From Camelus ferus (Eukaryota), in contig NC_045697.1 in NCBI RefSeq assembly GCF_009834535.1, forward strand, positions 12,402,001-12,466,000: a stretch of 64,000 nt of DNA, given 5' to 3'. The notes below the pieces were generated by a model, which ran no database searches, had not been told where the DNA came from, and saw nothing but the letters and a program-made list of their open reading frames with translations. Every line of letters begins with the position of its first letter. Positions within the stretch are counted from its first letter, which is position 1. Below are positions 23,706-36,426 of this stretch, piece by piece. The position numbers were made by a program, and so were the translations under genes.

Positions 23706-25274
23706 GAGGTTATCTACTAGCTGGCCAATGATGGGGCCGTGACAGGAAGCAAGACCTTTCAACCCTTTCAAGGACATTTTGTTGGGTCTCCAAGAATGAC
23801 TGTCTTTCACAAAAGGAAAGCTGGCTATAGCATGATCTGGGTGACACATCTTTTAGAGAAATAGACCCACTGTGGAGTGATGTTGAAGGTCTTGACTGCC
23901 AGTTCTGTGTGCATGTTGAGGAAGATCAAATGTGAGGCAGGAAAATGCGATTCAGAGATACCTAAAGGAGAGCTGAGACTGAAATTTACGCAGGCTGTGA
24001 GAAGAAGTGGAAAGCACTTTCTAAGAAGTAGGAAAGAGTCTGGAGGCGCCAGGACAGAGCTAAGTGGACCTGGACAAGATACAGTTGGGGAGAAGGTTGG
24101 CTGGAATCCAGCTGCGACTGCTTTCTGTACGGCATCTTTAGCTTGCTGTTGGCTGGGAGAGGGAGCTATTTAGGGGACAGGGAACTTCTGACAGGGACAA
24201 TCCCATTGACAGACGGTTTTGAAGGTTTATTTTGTGTTTCTACTTTAAACTTTGGGAGGTACCTAGAAAAATTTAAATTATATTTTAAGCATGACCCCTA
24301 TTAGTGGGTAGGAGTAATGTTTTCTTGAACTTGCTATGTGCATAGTAGGTCTGAAATAAATGTTTAGAGGCAAAGATGGAATGTTTGGCATCATTACTCA
24401 TCTGCAAGCAGAAATAAACACTTTGGGAACCTCCCTCTTTGCCATATAATCTCTTTCCTCCTTTTGTTTTCAAAGCTCTACTATAATGGCTACTTGAACT
24501 AGAAGGATCTGACTGCCTTGAGAGACTCCTGGATTGAATGCTGTAGGAATCAGCAGAGAGAACATTTCAGAGAACAAGAGAATAGTGACAAGAGGGTAAG
24601 CAGGTCCAGCACTGTCATGTCAGATGTACTCTTTATTCTGGATTGCCAACAATTTAGAAACTTGTCATATTACTGAGTGCATGCTGACTGATGGTTCTTG
24701 CCCTGTAAAGGAATCTAAGGAATCGGATGTTTCTAACTTGTTTGATGTCTTTATGTTTTGGTTCTGCTGGGACAGAGGTTTGATAGTCAGACTTGCTTTC
24801 AGGCAGCCTGTTGGGCAAATGGTGTACAGGTAACACCAGTTCTCAGATCCCCCGCCACATCCCTCTCAATCAAGATATGCTGTGTATTGTATCGTCTCCA
24901 AGGATTCTGGCAGCTATGTTGTATCAGTTGTATAATTGAAATAATGGAAAATTGTACCACAAAACACTCATTTGTCTTTACGATAACTACTGAAAGGTAT
25001 TTGGCTCGTTGTGATACTTATTAAATATCTATTAATTAAATTAATAAGAGAATGCTTCTAACTCCAATTGTTATAAATTGATTTTCATATATATTTTCAA
25101 TTATGATAGTCATTCAATATCCCCCTATAATTTTGTTGATTTCTTTGAAGTCAAGGGCTGTGCACAGTTAGTACAGTAAGCTCAAAGAAGTAATATACTC
25201 AAAGGGTAAAGAAAGAAAGCAATAGATGAGACATCAGGAACCCTAAGTTTCTTGGCTCTGTCAAGAATAGTAAT

Positions 25275-25790
25275 TGTAATTAACATTTATTGCATGCTTA
25301 CAATGTGCTAGGTACTTTACACGCACTGTCTTATTTAGTTCTTACAATAAAGCTCTGTAAAAGCTGCATCAGAGGTGCCTGGTTTTCCACCAGGATTCAG
25401 TGTTGTGTTTTCTCCTTCTCTGAAATACCACAAGACCTTATTTCCCAGCCCACTTGCTTGTGGGAGCAGGTATATGACTAGTTCTTAGGAATGGAGTGGG
25501 AATACAAGTGATGCGAGTCACCTCTGGATTGAGATGATAAGAGATCATGTGTTTTCTTCACATACTCTCCTTTTCATCCACTGCCTGAAGGACAGATGGG
25601 TCCTAAAAAATAGCAGAGCCATATGAGGAAAGTTATCATTATTATGTCCATTTCACAGAAGAGGAAACTGAGGCCAGAGAGATCAAGTAACTCACACAGA
25701 ATAAGCAAGTGGCAAAGCTGGGGCTTGATTAAGTAATTTAACTTGGCATGTCTTCATAACCACTAAGTATACAGCTAGTCATTTAACCTA
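25275..25790 (-). mobile_element. MIR SINE split by an MLT1 insertion
   Basis: taacatttattgcatgcttacaatgtgctagg (25280-25364) resumes as ccatttcacagaagaggaaactgaggccagagag (from 25633). Confidence 0.8.
25365..25632 (+). mobile_element. MLT1 LTR fragment inside MIR
   Basis: atttcccagcccacttgc...atgactagttct...aagtgatgcgagtcacctctgg. Confidence 0.7.
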
Positions 25791-25799
25791 AGCCACTGC

Positions 25800-25915
25800 A
25801 GCTCTCCCAAGTCAATTTCCTCAGCTATAAATGGAGGTGTTTAGACTGTCTTGCAGGCATATTATGGGGATTAATGAGTTAACACATTAAAAAGCTAATA
25901 AGAACACAGCACAAA
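25800..25915 (+). mobile_element. MIR fragment
   Basis: tcaatttcctcagctataaatgg...attatggggattaatgag. Confidence 0.55.
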
Positions 25916-26409
25916 ACAACTAAAAAAAAAGTAAGACTCTGCGTGTGTATGTGTGTGCATGCACTTGAGCACATATTTGGAACTTTGACACTTCAAGGCT
26001 GCTTTTTAATAAATAGTTCATGGCTGAAGCCTGAGAATCTCTTTATCACTCGAGAATTTCTGTTTAGTGACGTTGGTTAGATAGAATTTGACCTGTTGTA
26101 TGAATTATGCTTTCCATCTAAGGAGACTGTTTGGATACTAATTTGCTCTCTTGCTTCTAAGCAACCATGGATAGGGAGAGGGTCAGGCAGCTCCTCAGGC
26201 TGCTCCAGGGCAGCTTCTGCTACTGGGTCCTGCAGGAAGCCGTGTTCATCCCTTCCGAGAAGGAAAGGCAGGCAGGCTTAGGATGAGGGTGGGTGGTCAG
26301 CAAATATGCAGGCAGTGCACAGCTCTCCTGAGCTTCACAGACATGAAGTCAAGGTCAAAATTCAGAGATAAGATTATTTTGATTTTCATTTTGAAAAAAA
26401 ATTTTTGAG

Positions 26410-26630
26410 GCGACATGGTGAGAGGACTAAGAGTAATAATAATGGTATTTGAGCCTTTAATGAACTAATTTGGACTTTGGTGTGCTTAAAAATTTTTTGA
26501 AGTCTCAGTTTTCTTATCTGTAAAATGACGATAATATTGACTCTGCCTTCTTAGAATTGCTCTGAAGATAGAATGAGGTTATGCCCATGAAGGTGATCTG
26601 CAAATGCTCAGCAACTATATAAACCTAAGT
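26410..26630 (+). mobile_element. MIR SINE
   Basis: gtctcagttttcttatctgtaaaatgacgataata core. Confidence 0.7.
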
Positions 26631-26949
26631 CCTTGTTGTTGAAGTGATATTTTTGTGATTCAGTTGCATTTGTAGTTTCCAGCATCTGAAAGACAAAAAC
26701 AAAAAAAAAAAACAAAAAAAAAACCCCCCAAAAACCAAAACCCATACCTCATTTTCAGTATGAAAGAAATGATGTGTCTGTTCACCAGCCCTGCCTGATT
26801 CTTTGATCACTGCATGGCTGATTCTTTTAGCCCTTTTCATTGTCAATCTTTCTGTACCCAGGATAGACCCATGGAGGGTACAGATGTTACAGTGTAAACT
26901 TAACTAAAAAAGGTCAGGGAAGATCCACCGGTTAATTAGCTTGCTTGTT

Positions 26950-27790
26950 TGTTAACTCACCGTATATTAAGAACCTGCTAAGCGTATTGGATACTGGAGA
27001 TGCAAAAGAGGAATAAGACAGAGTCTTGCTCTTGCTGCCAAGTTACTCATAGCACAATGAGAAAACATACTCCTTAATGGGTATTATACAGTGATGTAGC
27101 AGGTGCAATGAGAGAATTAAATACAGGGTACAATGGAAGAACAGAGGAGGGGTACTTAATACATCCTTGTCAGGGAAGGCTTCCTACAAAGGGTGACTTC
27201 TCCAGTCTTGGAGCATGAACAGAAAATAACTCAGGTTAAAGACATCTGCTGAAGATGGAAAAAGAAGGGCATTTGGGTAGAGAGACTACCATAATCAAAG
27301 TTACAAAAACAAGAAATAGCATGGTATAGTACAACCAGCTTGGTGTTCCTGGAGCATAACAGTGTGTGTGTGGATATGTGTGTGTGGAAGCATAAAAGGA
27401 ACATGTTAAGAAAATTTTATCCTGAATGAAAACATGAAAGGATTGCAAGCAGGTAGTGGTTGAGGTTGGGGTGGAGTTGTTGGCAGCTATGTCAGGAGAA
27501 ATACCACTGTAGTAACTCATATGAGTTGGTGGGAATCTGAACTATGGCTGTGGTAGTTGAGACTGAAGTTAAAAAAAGAATCAAGAGATAACCTGGGTTG
27601 AAAATCCAGCAGCCTTGCAAGAGGGAAGAGTTTTGGTTGAATTTCAGGTTTCTAGCTTGGGTTATGGGTTGATGGTTTTGCCACCAGCTGAGATGGGGAC
27701 TGCAGGAAGCAGTTCAGATTTAGAAGACAGTAAGTTCAGTACTGTACTTATTGAGTGTGAAAGGATTTCAGACCACCCAGGTGGGATGGT
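26950..27790 (-). mobile_element. L2 LINE 3' portion
   Basis: tattaagaacctgcta...gaataagacagagtcttgctc...tcagggaaggcttcc...caggtttctagcttggg. Confidence 0.75.
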
Positions 27791-28024
27791 AGCGCCCAGT
27801 CAGAAGGAGCTTGTGACTTTCTGGGCATGCGTGGGGTGGATTAGACACATTCAGGAGCAGGTTAGTAGTAACCAGGTGGGAGAATTTCACTCTTTGGAGC
27901 AGACACTGCTCCGTGGTCTCTGTGGCATCTGTAAGCTAAATGTATTCCCTTGAATGCTCTACCCTTAATCCCAGGTAGTGGCGCTTGGACTCTGCTGACT
28001 GAAAACTGAAAAATCAAATGCAAA

Positions 28025-28190
28025 GTGGCAAAGAGCTCTGGGCAGGGAGTTGGGAGTCTTGGGTTCTAGTTCCTACTCTGCCTCCAGGTAAGTCAGGTCA
28101 CCTCTTGAGCCTCTTCTTCCTTATCTTTTAAAGGATAAATGGGAATTGTTGATTTCCAAATTTCATTCAAGTCTTGAGGTTCTGTAAACT
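28025..28190 (+). mobile_element. MIR SINE
   Basis: gagttgggagtcttgggttctagttcctactctgcc. Confidence 0.65.
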
Positions 28191-28794
28191 ATGCTGTTCT
28201 TCTGTTTTACAATACTGACTTTTAATTCTAAAATTAGTAAAATATTAAACAATAGACTATCTTAAATAAAAAAGAGTAAAGGTGCAAAACCTTCTAAATT
28301 ATTGAGTTCCTGGAAACTGGTCATAAATCTGTATACAGTTCCTCTTCTGCTACCTGGATTTCCATTAACCCAGAGCTCTATTAACCAGTCCTGCACATGC
28401 AGTGTGATCTCAGAGCAGGGCTATAAGTTGATGCCCTCAGTATGCTGATGATTGATATTCATCGTGGTTGCCTTAAGGCAATAGGAAAACCCAAAGTCAT
28501 CAAAGACAGAGGAAATTATGTCCTGCCTGGTTTCAAAGGTGAACTGTATTGCTTTCACATGATTTGAAAGTCATTAATCTATATGTGGTGTATATCAGGG
28601 CTCCCTGACCTTTTTGTGGGGAGAATTTTTTTAATTTCCGTGAGAGAGATTCTTTGATTAACCAGAATTTCCTCTTTGCCTGAATACATTAGATAAGAGG
28701 GTTTCATATTTACTTATGAGATCCATTGCTACATTCATCTTAATTTTATGCTCATTTGATGTTAGACAGAATTGAAGATGAATCTGATCTTTGA

Positions 28795-28975
28795 GGTGTA
28801 GTGGGAACACCTCTGGATTACAAGTCAGAAGACCCAAGGTGCAGCCTTAGCTGTGTCACTAATGAACTGTGTGACCCTGGGCAAATCATTACAGTCTCTG
28901 GGCTTTAATTTCACCATCTGTAAAATTAGAAGCTTGTAATAGATAAACTTTAAGGCCCTTGAGATTCTAAAATGC
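28795..28975 (+). mobile_element. MIR SINE
   Basis: ctgtgtgaccctgggcaaatcatt...ctctgggctttaatttcaccatctgtaaaat. Confidence 0.8.
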
Positions 28976-29869
28976 CATACGTACCCATCTTCCAAATGCT
29001 TCAGTTAAATGCAACATTAATTGACTACACGATATTGTTTTTCTACTCAAGATAACATTAGCTCTATTTCATAACTAAGGAGCCTGGACCTAATGAGAAT
29101 AAATACCTTATTCATGGCAGCACCCGAGCTTGAATTCCAGTATTTGGTTTTCAGGTCTGGTGCTCTTTCCTACACATGTGCTGCCGTGGCTCTCTTGAGA
29201 GCAGAATGGGGTGGTGGCTGTGAAAACAAACTAGGGACTTGGAGGACAAGAGGCTTTGCCTGTCATTGTCTCTTGAGAGGCTGGTGTATATTTCACTGTC
29301 TTTCTCAGTTTAAGAAATGCTCTGCACTGCTTTTTCATGGCTTCTGATTATTGCTTTCAATCTTTCTTGGATCAAATCATGTCTCTTGGCAGCTGCGATA
29401 CTGTAATATGAGGATCAGATGTGCCTGCCTGTCTCAATAGCTGTCAGTTTATCTCTGGGTATTTTTAGGTGCCTGAGATAAAGATAATATAAATATAATG
29501 AAAGAATTATTCTTTCAGACACTTTGTGCCATTTGTATAAAGGAATGGAAATCTCCTTTAAAAATATTGTTTTTCTCAAAATGTGTTCTCTGGATGTAAC
29601 TTGGTGTTACAAAACCATAAAACGTTTTAGTGGCCAAATGAACTTAGGTAAGATTTTTTAATATAGTGAGAATTTCCTAAGCCTTTAAAACAAGAATGCT
29701 CATTGTGAATTTAAAGGAGGGAGGAAGCATATGCTCTTCCCTAACCTTAGTTAACTACAAAATGTCCCTCAGCCTATCTCACCGCTCCAACAGCAGAATG
29801 CTACAGGGCTTGTTTTCTGAAGAAATGATTTTGTACATAGTGTTCTAAAGTCCCATGTGCCAAAAGGAA

Positions 29870-30070
29870 GGATAACTATCATTTATTAAACATCTGCTCA
29901 AGTTATTTTATATACTTTTTTCAACTCGACGGGGTGGTCTTTTGACCCATACTTATATAAGGAAGAACTTGAGGCTCAGATAGGTTAAGGAACACAGTTT
30001 GTAAGAGCATAGCCTGGATTCAAACCTACATCTGTCAAGTTCTGATTATTTACTACATTTCACTGTGTAT
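29870..30070 (-). mobile_element. MIR SINE
   Basis: atcatttattaaacatctgct...gaggctcagataggttaagg...cctggattcaaaccta. Confidence 0.7.
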
Positions 30071-30549
30071 TTTAGGGTGAGATAGTGACAGTCCAAACAC
30101 CTGGGCTGAGGGAGCAGTGTTCTCTACTTCGGGATCAGTCTTGCCGCACTCAGACCTGTGCGGAACCAGCTAGAGGCAACCTGGCGGCTTGTCTCCACTG
30201 ATAGCTTTCCCATCTATTACCCTTTCCCTCCCTCCCTCTGCAATGGTTTCTCCAGTCTTCTGGGAAAAAGGGTTATTCCTGGGTATATGAACAAGGCAGA
30301 CCTTGTGGGGTTCCTGTTTTTTGGAGGACCTGATTCTATCTTCCAAGATTTGGTTCTGCTTTTGGAATGGGAAGTTTCCCAGCAGAGAGGCGAAAGCCCA
30401 ACAGCATGGCAAGTTTGACAGGAAGTTGCTATTCGTGTTCACATCTTGGATGCATTTCAGTGACACCTGATTTATGTAGAGTGTTTTGTATATGCTGTTC
30501 ATTTTGTGACAGTTAGTGGGGTCATCTGGAAAGAACTGGGGGCATTGGA

Positions 30550-30740
30550 GGCTGGCAGTCCTCAGGCTGGATTTCAGCTCCAGCACCTAATTGCTTCAGG
30601 TCTTGGAAGTGTTACTTTATGTTCCTAACCTTCACCTACCTTGCAAGGTGCTTGGAGGATTCAGTCAGGCAATGCACGCATGATCACTGGCATATAGGCA
30701 GGAGTTCAGTGGATAGTAACAATTATCACTACTATTACTA
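30550..30740 (+). mobile_element. MIR SINE (internally deleted)
   Basis: cagctccagcacctaattgc...cctaccttgcaagg...ctggcatatagg. Confidence 0.55.
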
Positions 30741-31296
30741 GCATAATAACCTGAGCCCTTTCTTTATACTTCCCAGTAGCTGTTCTTTGCTGTCCTTGGT
30801 GAAATGGAGATCAAGGGACTATTTCTCATGGTTACTCATGGTTTGGAGAGTCATCGGGGGGTCTGTAATCCCTGGAGCACTTCTCTCCACACGGGGAGGG
30901 CAAGTTCTTAACCAGGTGCTACAGAGCAGGAGGCACTCCTGACACTGTTCTCCCACGGACTGAGCATAACTGAAGTATGGTATGGGTTTAAGCTCTTTTA
31001 GTAAAGGAAGCATATGACTACCTACAATGAATTTCAAGGATGAGGAATTGTGGCTTTACCTAACTAATCTTTTTGTTGTACCTTAGCTCATAGAGGAGGG
31101 GCATGTCAGGGGGTATTAAGAAAAGATCTCATGGTTTAGGATATCCCATGGGGATGATATCTCATCTTTTTAACCTTTCATCTTCCCAATGTCCCCTTCT
31201 ATACCTCCAGTGTAATCTTTTCCTCACCTCTGGTGTCTCTGACACTCTTTTGGATTCTTCCACCTTTCTGTATAAACAGATTCTCAGCTACATCTG

Positions 31297-31300
<4 letters not shown>

Positions 31301-31338
<38 letters not shown>
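31301..31338. repeat. (TG)19 microsatellite
   Basis: Directly visible, perfect. Confidence 0.98.
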
Positions 31339-31342
<4 letters not shown>

Positions 31343-33487
31343 GCAAATGCTGCCTGAATAGTCTTTAGCTAATTATTAAAGGGATTTTTCCTTTGTTCAG
31401 TCATCTATTGCCTCCAAAGCTATGGTAGGATAACTCTAGTCCTCTAGGTGGGAGGCAGGGAGAGTGGAGTATTTTTAGCTTCAATTTCCCTTTTTTTCAA
31501 CAATGCTGGCTATATCTACATTTGCCTGAAATATCCAAGAGGAAAAGAAAAACTCTAGAGAGAGGCATTTTAAGAATCCAGCAGTCACAAAGGAAGACCA
31601 GTGAGATTTGCAAACAGAACATGTGCCTGAAAAAATCTCGATGACAAGATAAATAAAAAATAATGAAACACTGGATGATATTCAAATGCAGCACACACAC
31701 ATAATGTCATGCAATGACACCATCACCACCAACAACCCCCCCTACCAAAACAACAAAAGTGCCCATGAGTTCCTATGTACACAATTCTGCAGAAGAATTG
31801 AAGGAGGAGATTGTTACTGATGAGATAAAATTTATAAGTGCAAGAATTACCTCAAAGCACAAAGTTAAAAAATAAAAAAGCAAAACAAGAGGGAAACAAT
31901 AAGGGACTTAAGGATAGATCTATGGGACTTGCAAAGACATTTCAGAAGAGAAGCAATGAAACAAATCAACACCTGAAAGGGATCACTGGGTTTTAGAGTG
32001 AGTTGATGAGAAAATAACCAATACTTTAAGGCAAGTGAAGATAAGGAGACAATGAGCGTGGGTGCAGAATCAATCTCAGTTTCTCTTTCTCTCTAAAAAT
32101 TAGGTTCAAGAGGATAAAACAGATTGAGAATATGTAATGTAAGTGCTAAACTTGGGGTCTTAAAAGGAAAGATACATACTGATTTACTGTAAGGAAAAAT
32201 CAAATAATAATGTAGAACTAAAAGCAATAATCTATTTCAGCAAAACTAGGATCCTGTGGTGAAGGAAGAGGAGAAAATAGCTCTTCTTATTAGGGTGGAT
32301 CAAAGGGAGGAAATAAATTGTCTTGGTGGAGAAAATAGTTGGTATCTTGTTTTCTTAAAAGAACAGAGGATTTTGTGATTATGAGAATAGGGACAAAGAA
32401 GGTGGTCACTGTGAAATGCAAAATAATAGAACTTCCAAATTAAGAAGGAGAAAAATAGAATAGCAATTCGATTAAATCATTAAACATGAAAGAGAATGAG
32501 GAAATAATAATGCAAAATAAACTAAATTATCATGAAAAGAAGAAATCAAATCATACAGAATATGAGCAAACTGAGTTTTCCCTTTTAAAGGGCAAACATT
32601 TTCAATTGGGTTAAAACACAAAACTGAGCTATATTCCTTAAAAATCTACATCTATGTCTACATATCTTTATACTTAAGAAAGTGATGAAGAAAGAGAAAA
32701 TTAAAGTGGGTCAGAGAGATACAAAATCAAAAGGAAAATGCAAACAAAAAGAAAGCAGTCATGGCAGCTTTATGTTATGACAGGGGAATTCAAGGTTAAA
32801 TGCACTGAATAAAATAACAAGGGACATTATGTAAATGCAGTAATTTATGAGGGTAATATATTTATATTCATTTGTCCATGAAATATTTACAAAAATCAAT
32901 CATTTACTTGACCATAAATTAAACCTTCAAAATAAAAACTAGAAACTTCATAAGGTGTATTTTCTGATAAATTCAATACAAATTAAAATAAATAATAAAC
33001 AGGTGACAAAAATATTATCTTTTTGGAAATTATGAAAAACTCCACTACATAAACTTGGAACAAAAAGGATTTTAAGAGGGTTATAAACTATAAAAAATAC
33101 TTAGTAGCAAAACCTATGGGACATGGAGCTATATATACAGAGAACATTTTGGAGTTTTAATGCCTCTAATATGTCTTCACCGTTGAAGAAGAAAGAAAAA
33201 ATATGGATACTTATTTTAAGAAATTAATAGAATACAAAACAAAAATTAACTAGGAAGAAGGAATTAATCAAGGTAAAAGTTGAATTAAATAAAATAAAAA
33301 TAAACATAGTAGAAATAATGAATCAATGCAAGAGCTGATTGCTAAAATGTCCACTAAAAATAGATGAACCCACATTAAGTCTGGGGGAAAGGAGAGATCA
33401 AATATTAAAGAGAAAGGAGATACACGCAAAGATGAGAGAGGTGAAGAGAACCATCTGTGAATACTGCACACAACCTCTAGTGGGCAC

Positions 33488-33918
33488 TGTGGTGTGTTGC
33501 CCAGGTATCCTCTTCAGGACTGGAAGACTCATCTCATTGTGGGCAATGTTGGTGGCTGATGGTTCATGGCTGTATCCCTCGCCAGGAATTGCTTTTAGCT
33601 TAGGGCACTGTCTTGTCCAAGTTCCCATCCAGCGTACATGGCCCAGTATGTATTGGTAACAGCTTACATCTCAAAACTGGCTGATAACAGAAATATGAAA
33701 TCAGTATCCTCTTGTCTCATTTTGGGACAGCTCTGTAGGACCTTAGCTCCCAGTGGGATAGCCACTGCGGCTGTTGCTTCATAGTTCAACTGCTTCCTCT
33801 GCTCAGTCACACCTCCCATGCTTCCTTATGGGTGCTTTTCCCGAGCACACATCCCAGGAAGCCCCCTTTACACAAATCTCCATTTCAGAGTCTGTTTCAA
33901 AGAAGCCCGATTTCAGAT
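33488..33918 (+). mobile_element. ERVL LTR (LTR16A-like)
   Basis: tgtggtgtgttgcccagg start; cacaaatctccatttcagagtctgtttc end motif; sits inside old L1 ORF2. Confidence 0.75.
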
Positions 33919-34029
33919 ATAGTCCTATGACAAGAAAATGAAAATCTAGAGAACATAGACAATTTCTTGTGAAAAAATAAATTACTGGGAGAGAATGCTT
34001 ATTCTTCGTTTCACCATTCTCATGTTTCC

Positions 34030-34400
34030 AAATAAACTTTTCTGATGTGTAATGTACATGAAAAAAATTGTACCCATTTTTAAGTCCAAAGATAGATGAA
34101 TTTTGACAAATATGTACATTTGGGTAACCATCACCACAATCAAAATATAGAATATTTCCTTCAACTCAAAAGATTCCCTTGTGTTCCCTTCCAGCCAGCT
34201 CCCATCTTCACGTTTGTGGCCTCAAATCACCACTGATCTGCTCTCTGTCGTCGTAGATTAGGTTTCTAGAGCACATATGCTGTGTACTGTTTAGTGTCGC
34301 ACTTTGGTCGCTAGCACTCTGTTTTTGAGCTTCGTGTCTGTTTGTCATTGGGCTGTCTTCCTCTCTTTCCCTTCTCTCAGTGATGATGGTCCTGCCATGT
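34030..34400 (-). mobile_element. L1 3' end (L1MB/ME-like)
   Basis: gatgaattttgacaaatatgtac...gtaaccatcaccacaatcaaaatatagaatatttcc; ORF 33982-34164 is the usual 3' UTR-derived artefact. Confidence 0.8.
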
Positions 34401-34944
34401 TTATTGTCTATTTACCGAAAACAGTTCTTTCCTGTATTTTGTTGTAGTTGTGTAGTTCTTTAAAGCATGATGACGACTCTGGTGTCTGCACTATTCACGG
34501 GTATAAGTGGGAAACCTTGCCGTTCTTATTTAAGAACGGCAATATTATTCTTAATTATTCTTAATATTATATAAATATTTTCTTAAATGTTATAGAGAAT
34601 GCACTATGAAAATGAAAAGGAATTAAGTGATTTAAATATAGGTAAAAAGGAGACAAAGCTCTCTCCATTTGCTGATGTTTAGTTTGTTTATCTAAAAAAC
34701 TCTATGGATCTCCTAACAATATTTTACATAGTAAGAGAATATGGTAATTTGCCTGAATATAAGATTAAAACATAACATAATTGGTTTTCATTGGCCTAGT
34801 AATAAGCAACTAGAACAGAGAATGGGGAAATATCTTATCTTTAGTAGTAATAAAATCTATAGAAAATTAAGAATAAATTGTATAAAAAGGTCAGCATTTA
34901 TTTGGGAAAAAAAACCCACCAAAATTCTTATTGGAGTTTTTGAA

Positions 34945-35140
34945 AAATAGTTAAGCACTTACTTTATTTTTATCACTATGCTGAGTCCTTTACATCTATT
35001 AACTCATTTAACCTTCCCAGAAACCCTAGAAGGTTATTCTTATTATCCTCATTTCATGGATGAGGTAACTGAGACACAGAGACATTAAATAACTTGTCCA
35101 AATTTGTCCAGCTTGCAATTGGAGCCAATATTTAAAATCA
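34945..35140 (-). mobile_element. MIR SINE inside old L1
   Basis: tattatcctcatttcatggatgaggtaactgagacacagagacattaaataacttgtccaa. Confidence 0.8.
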
Positions 35141-35874
35141 GGGCTGAACAAATGGAAAGACATACCTTGTTCTTCCATGAGATTACTTAATACAAAAATA
35201 CCTTCTTAAAATGTAAATATGATCCTGCCACTTTCCTCCTTTAAACTCTTTATTCATTGTCTGCTGCTCTTAGGATGAACTTAAACCCTTTAGCCTATCT
35301 AAACCTCCAAAATATTTCTTCTATCCATCACTGCCATTAGTATGCTAGTTCATATCTTCATCATCCACTCATTCACTCATTCACTCATTCATTCATTCAG
35401 CAAGTAGGTGATCTTAGTGGCAGAGGACAGATTTGAGGGGGCCAAGAGAGACAGGACTGAGTCCAGTTATGAGACTGTCATAGAACAGGCAGAAAACGAT
35501 GAGAAGTCTAGGAATACGTAGGATGATGTGTATTTGAAATTTTAAAAGGAAAACATGGCGGCACTTACAGGTTAATCGAGTGTGAGTACCGAGGGAGTTG
35601 TTCCACTCCAGCATGGCTTTCAGGATTCTAACTTGGATGATTAGTAAATACTTTCAAAGCCTTTGCCCTGTTGGAGAGGGTGGATTCCACTGATTGAGCT
35701 CTACTCTAGTGTCCTTTAGCCAGACTGACATTAATCTATTAATAAATATTTTTTGGTTTAGCATAAAAATTAGCTTTCACCCCATCAAAAGTTCTTCTTT
35801 ATCAGCTTCACAGCTTATACTTTGAAAGTCTAAGCAGTAGAAGAATATAACAGTTGAGAAATTTATAGGTGTGA

Positions 35875-36120
35875 GGAATTGGTTTGATATAGTGGTTAAA
35901 ATTGGGAACAGAATTACCTGGGCCTCAGTCAAATCTCAGTTACTACTTATTAGCTCTGCTTAACCTCTCTGTAAATCAGCTTCCCCATCAACAAATTGAG
36001 GATAAAGGCAGTGCTATGACATGGGGTTTTGTAAAGATTTAATGAGATAATGGATGTAAAGCACTTAACAAAATATGTAGCATGTAGTTTAAAATTCCCC
36101 AAATGGTATTATTATTATTT
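35875..36120 (+). mobile_element. MIR SINE, near full length
   Basis: atagtggttaaa...cttaacctctctg...gtaaagatttaatgagataatggatgtaaagcactt...attattatt tail. Confidence 0.8.
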
Positions 36121-36282
36121 GTAACTGATAAAAGTCTTTATTTACGTTTCCTAAAATAAAGCAATAAATCCAGACAGCCATATAAAGAGACTGCGAATGT
36201 AATTTTGTATATATTTAGTCGATAAACATGAATACCATATAATTGATTCCTATTTGTTATTTGTTACTTGCCAGAGAATTTT

Positions 36283-36426
36283 TTTATGGTGGTAAGATAT
36301 ACGTAACATGAAATTTACCATTTTAGCCACTTTTAAGTGTGCAGTTAATGGCATTGAGCACATTCACATTGCTCTGCAACACTTAACATTATCTGTCTCC
36401 AGAACTTTTTCATCATTCCCAACTGT
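36283..36426 (-). mobile_element. Short L1 (L1MA/MB-type) 3' end with intact TSD
   Basis: aaatttaccattttagccacttttaagtgtgcag; perfect 11-bp TSD cagagaatttt at 36272-36282 and 36427-36437. Confidence 0.85.

Larger units (their letters stand above)
31480..35200 (+). mobile_element. Very old L1 (L1M5/L1ME-like) ORF1-ORF2 remnant, multiply interrupted
   Basis: A-rich sense-strand L1 motifs in colinear order: aaatgcaaacaaaaagaaagc (endonuclease, about 32740), aaaatctagagaacatagacaatttc (about 33945), ccatttgctgatg (FADD region, about 34670), aacaaatggaaagacataccttgttc (about 35150). Confidence 0.7.
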
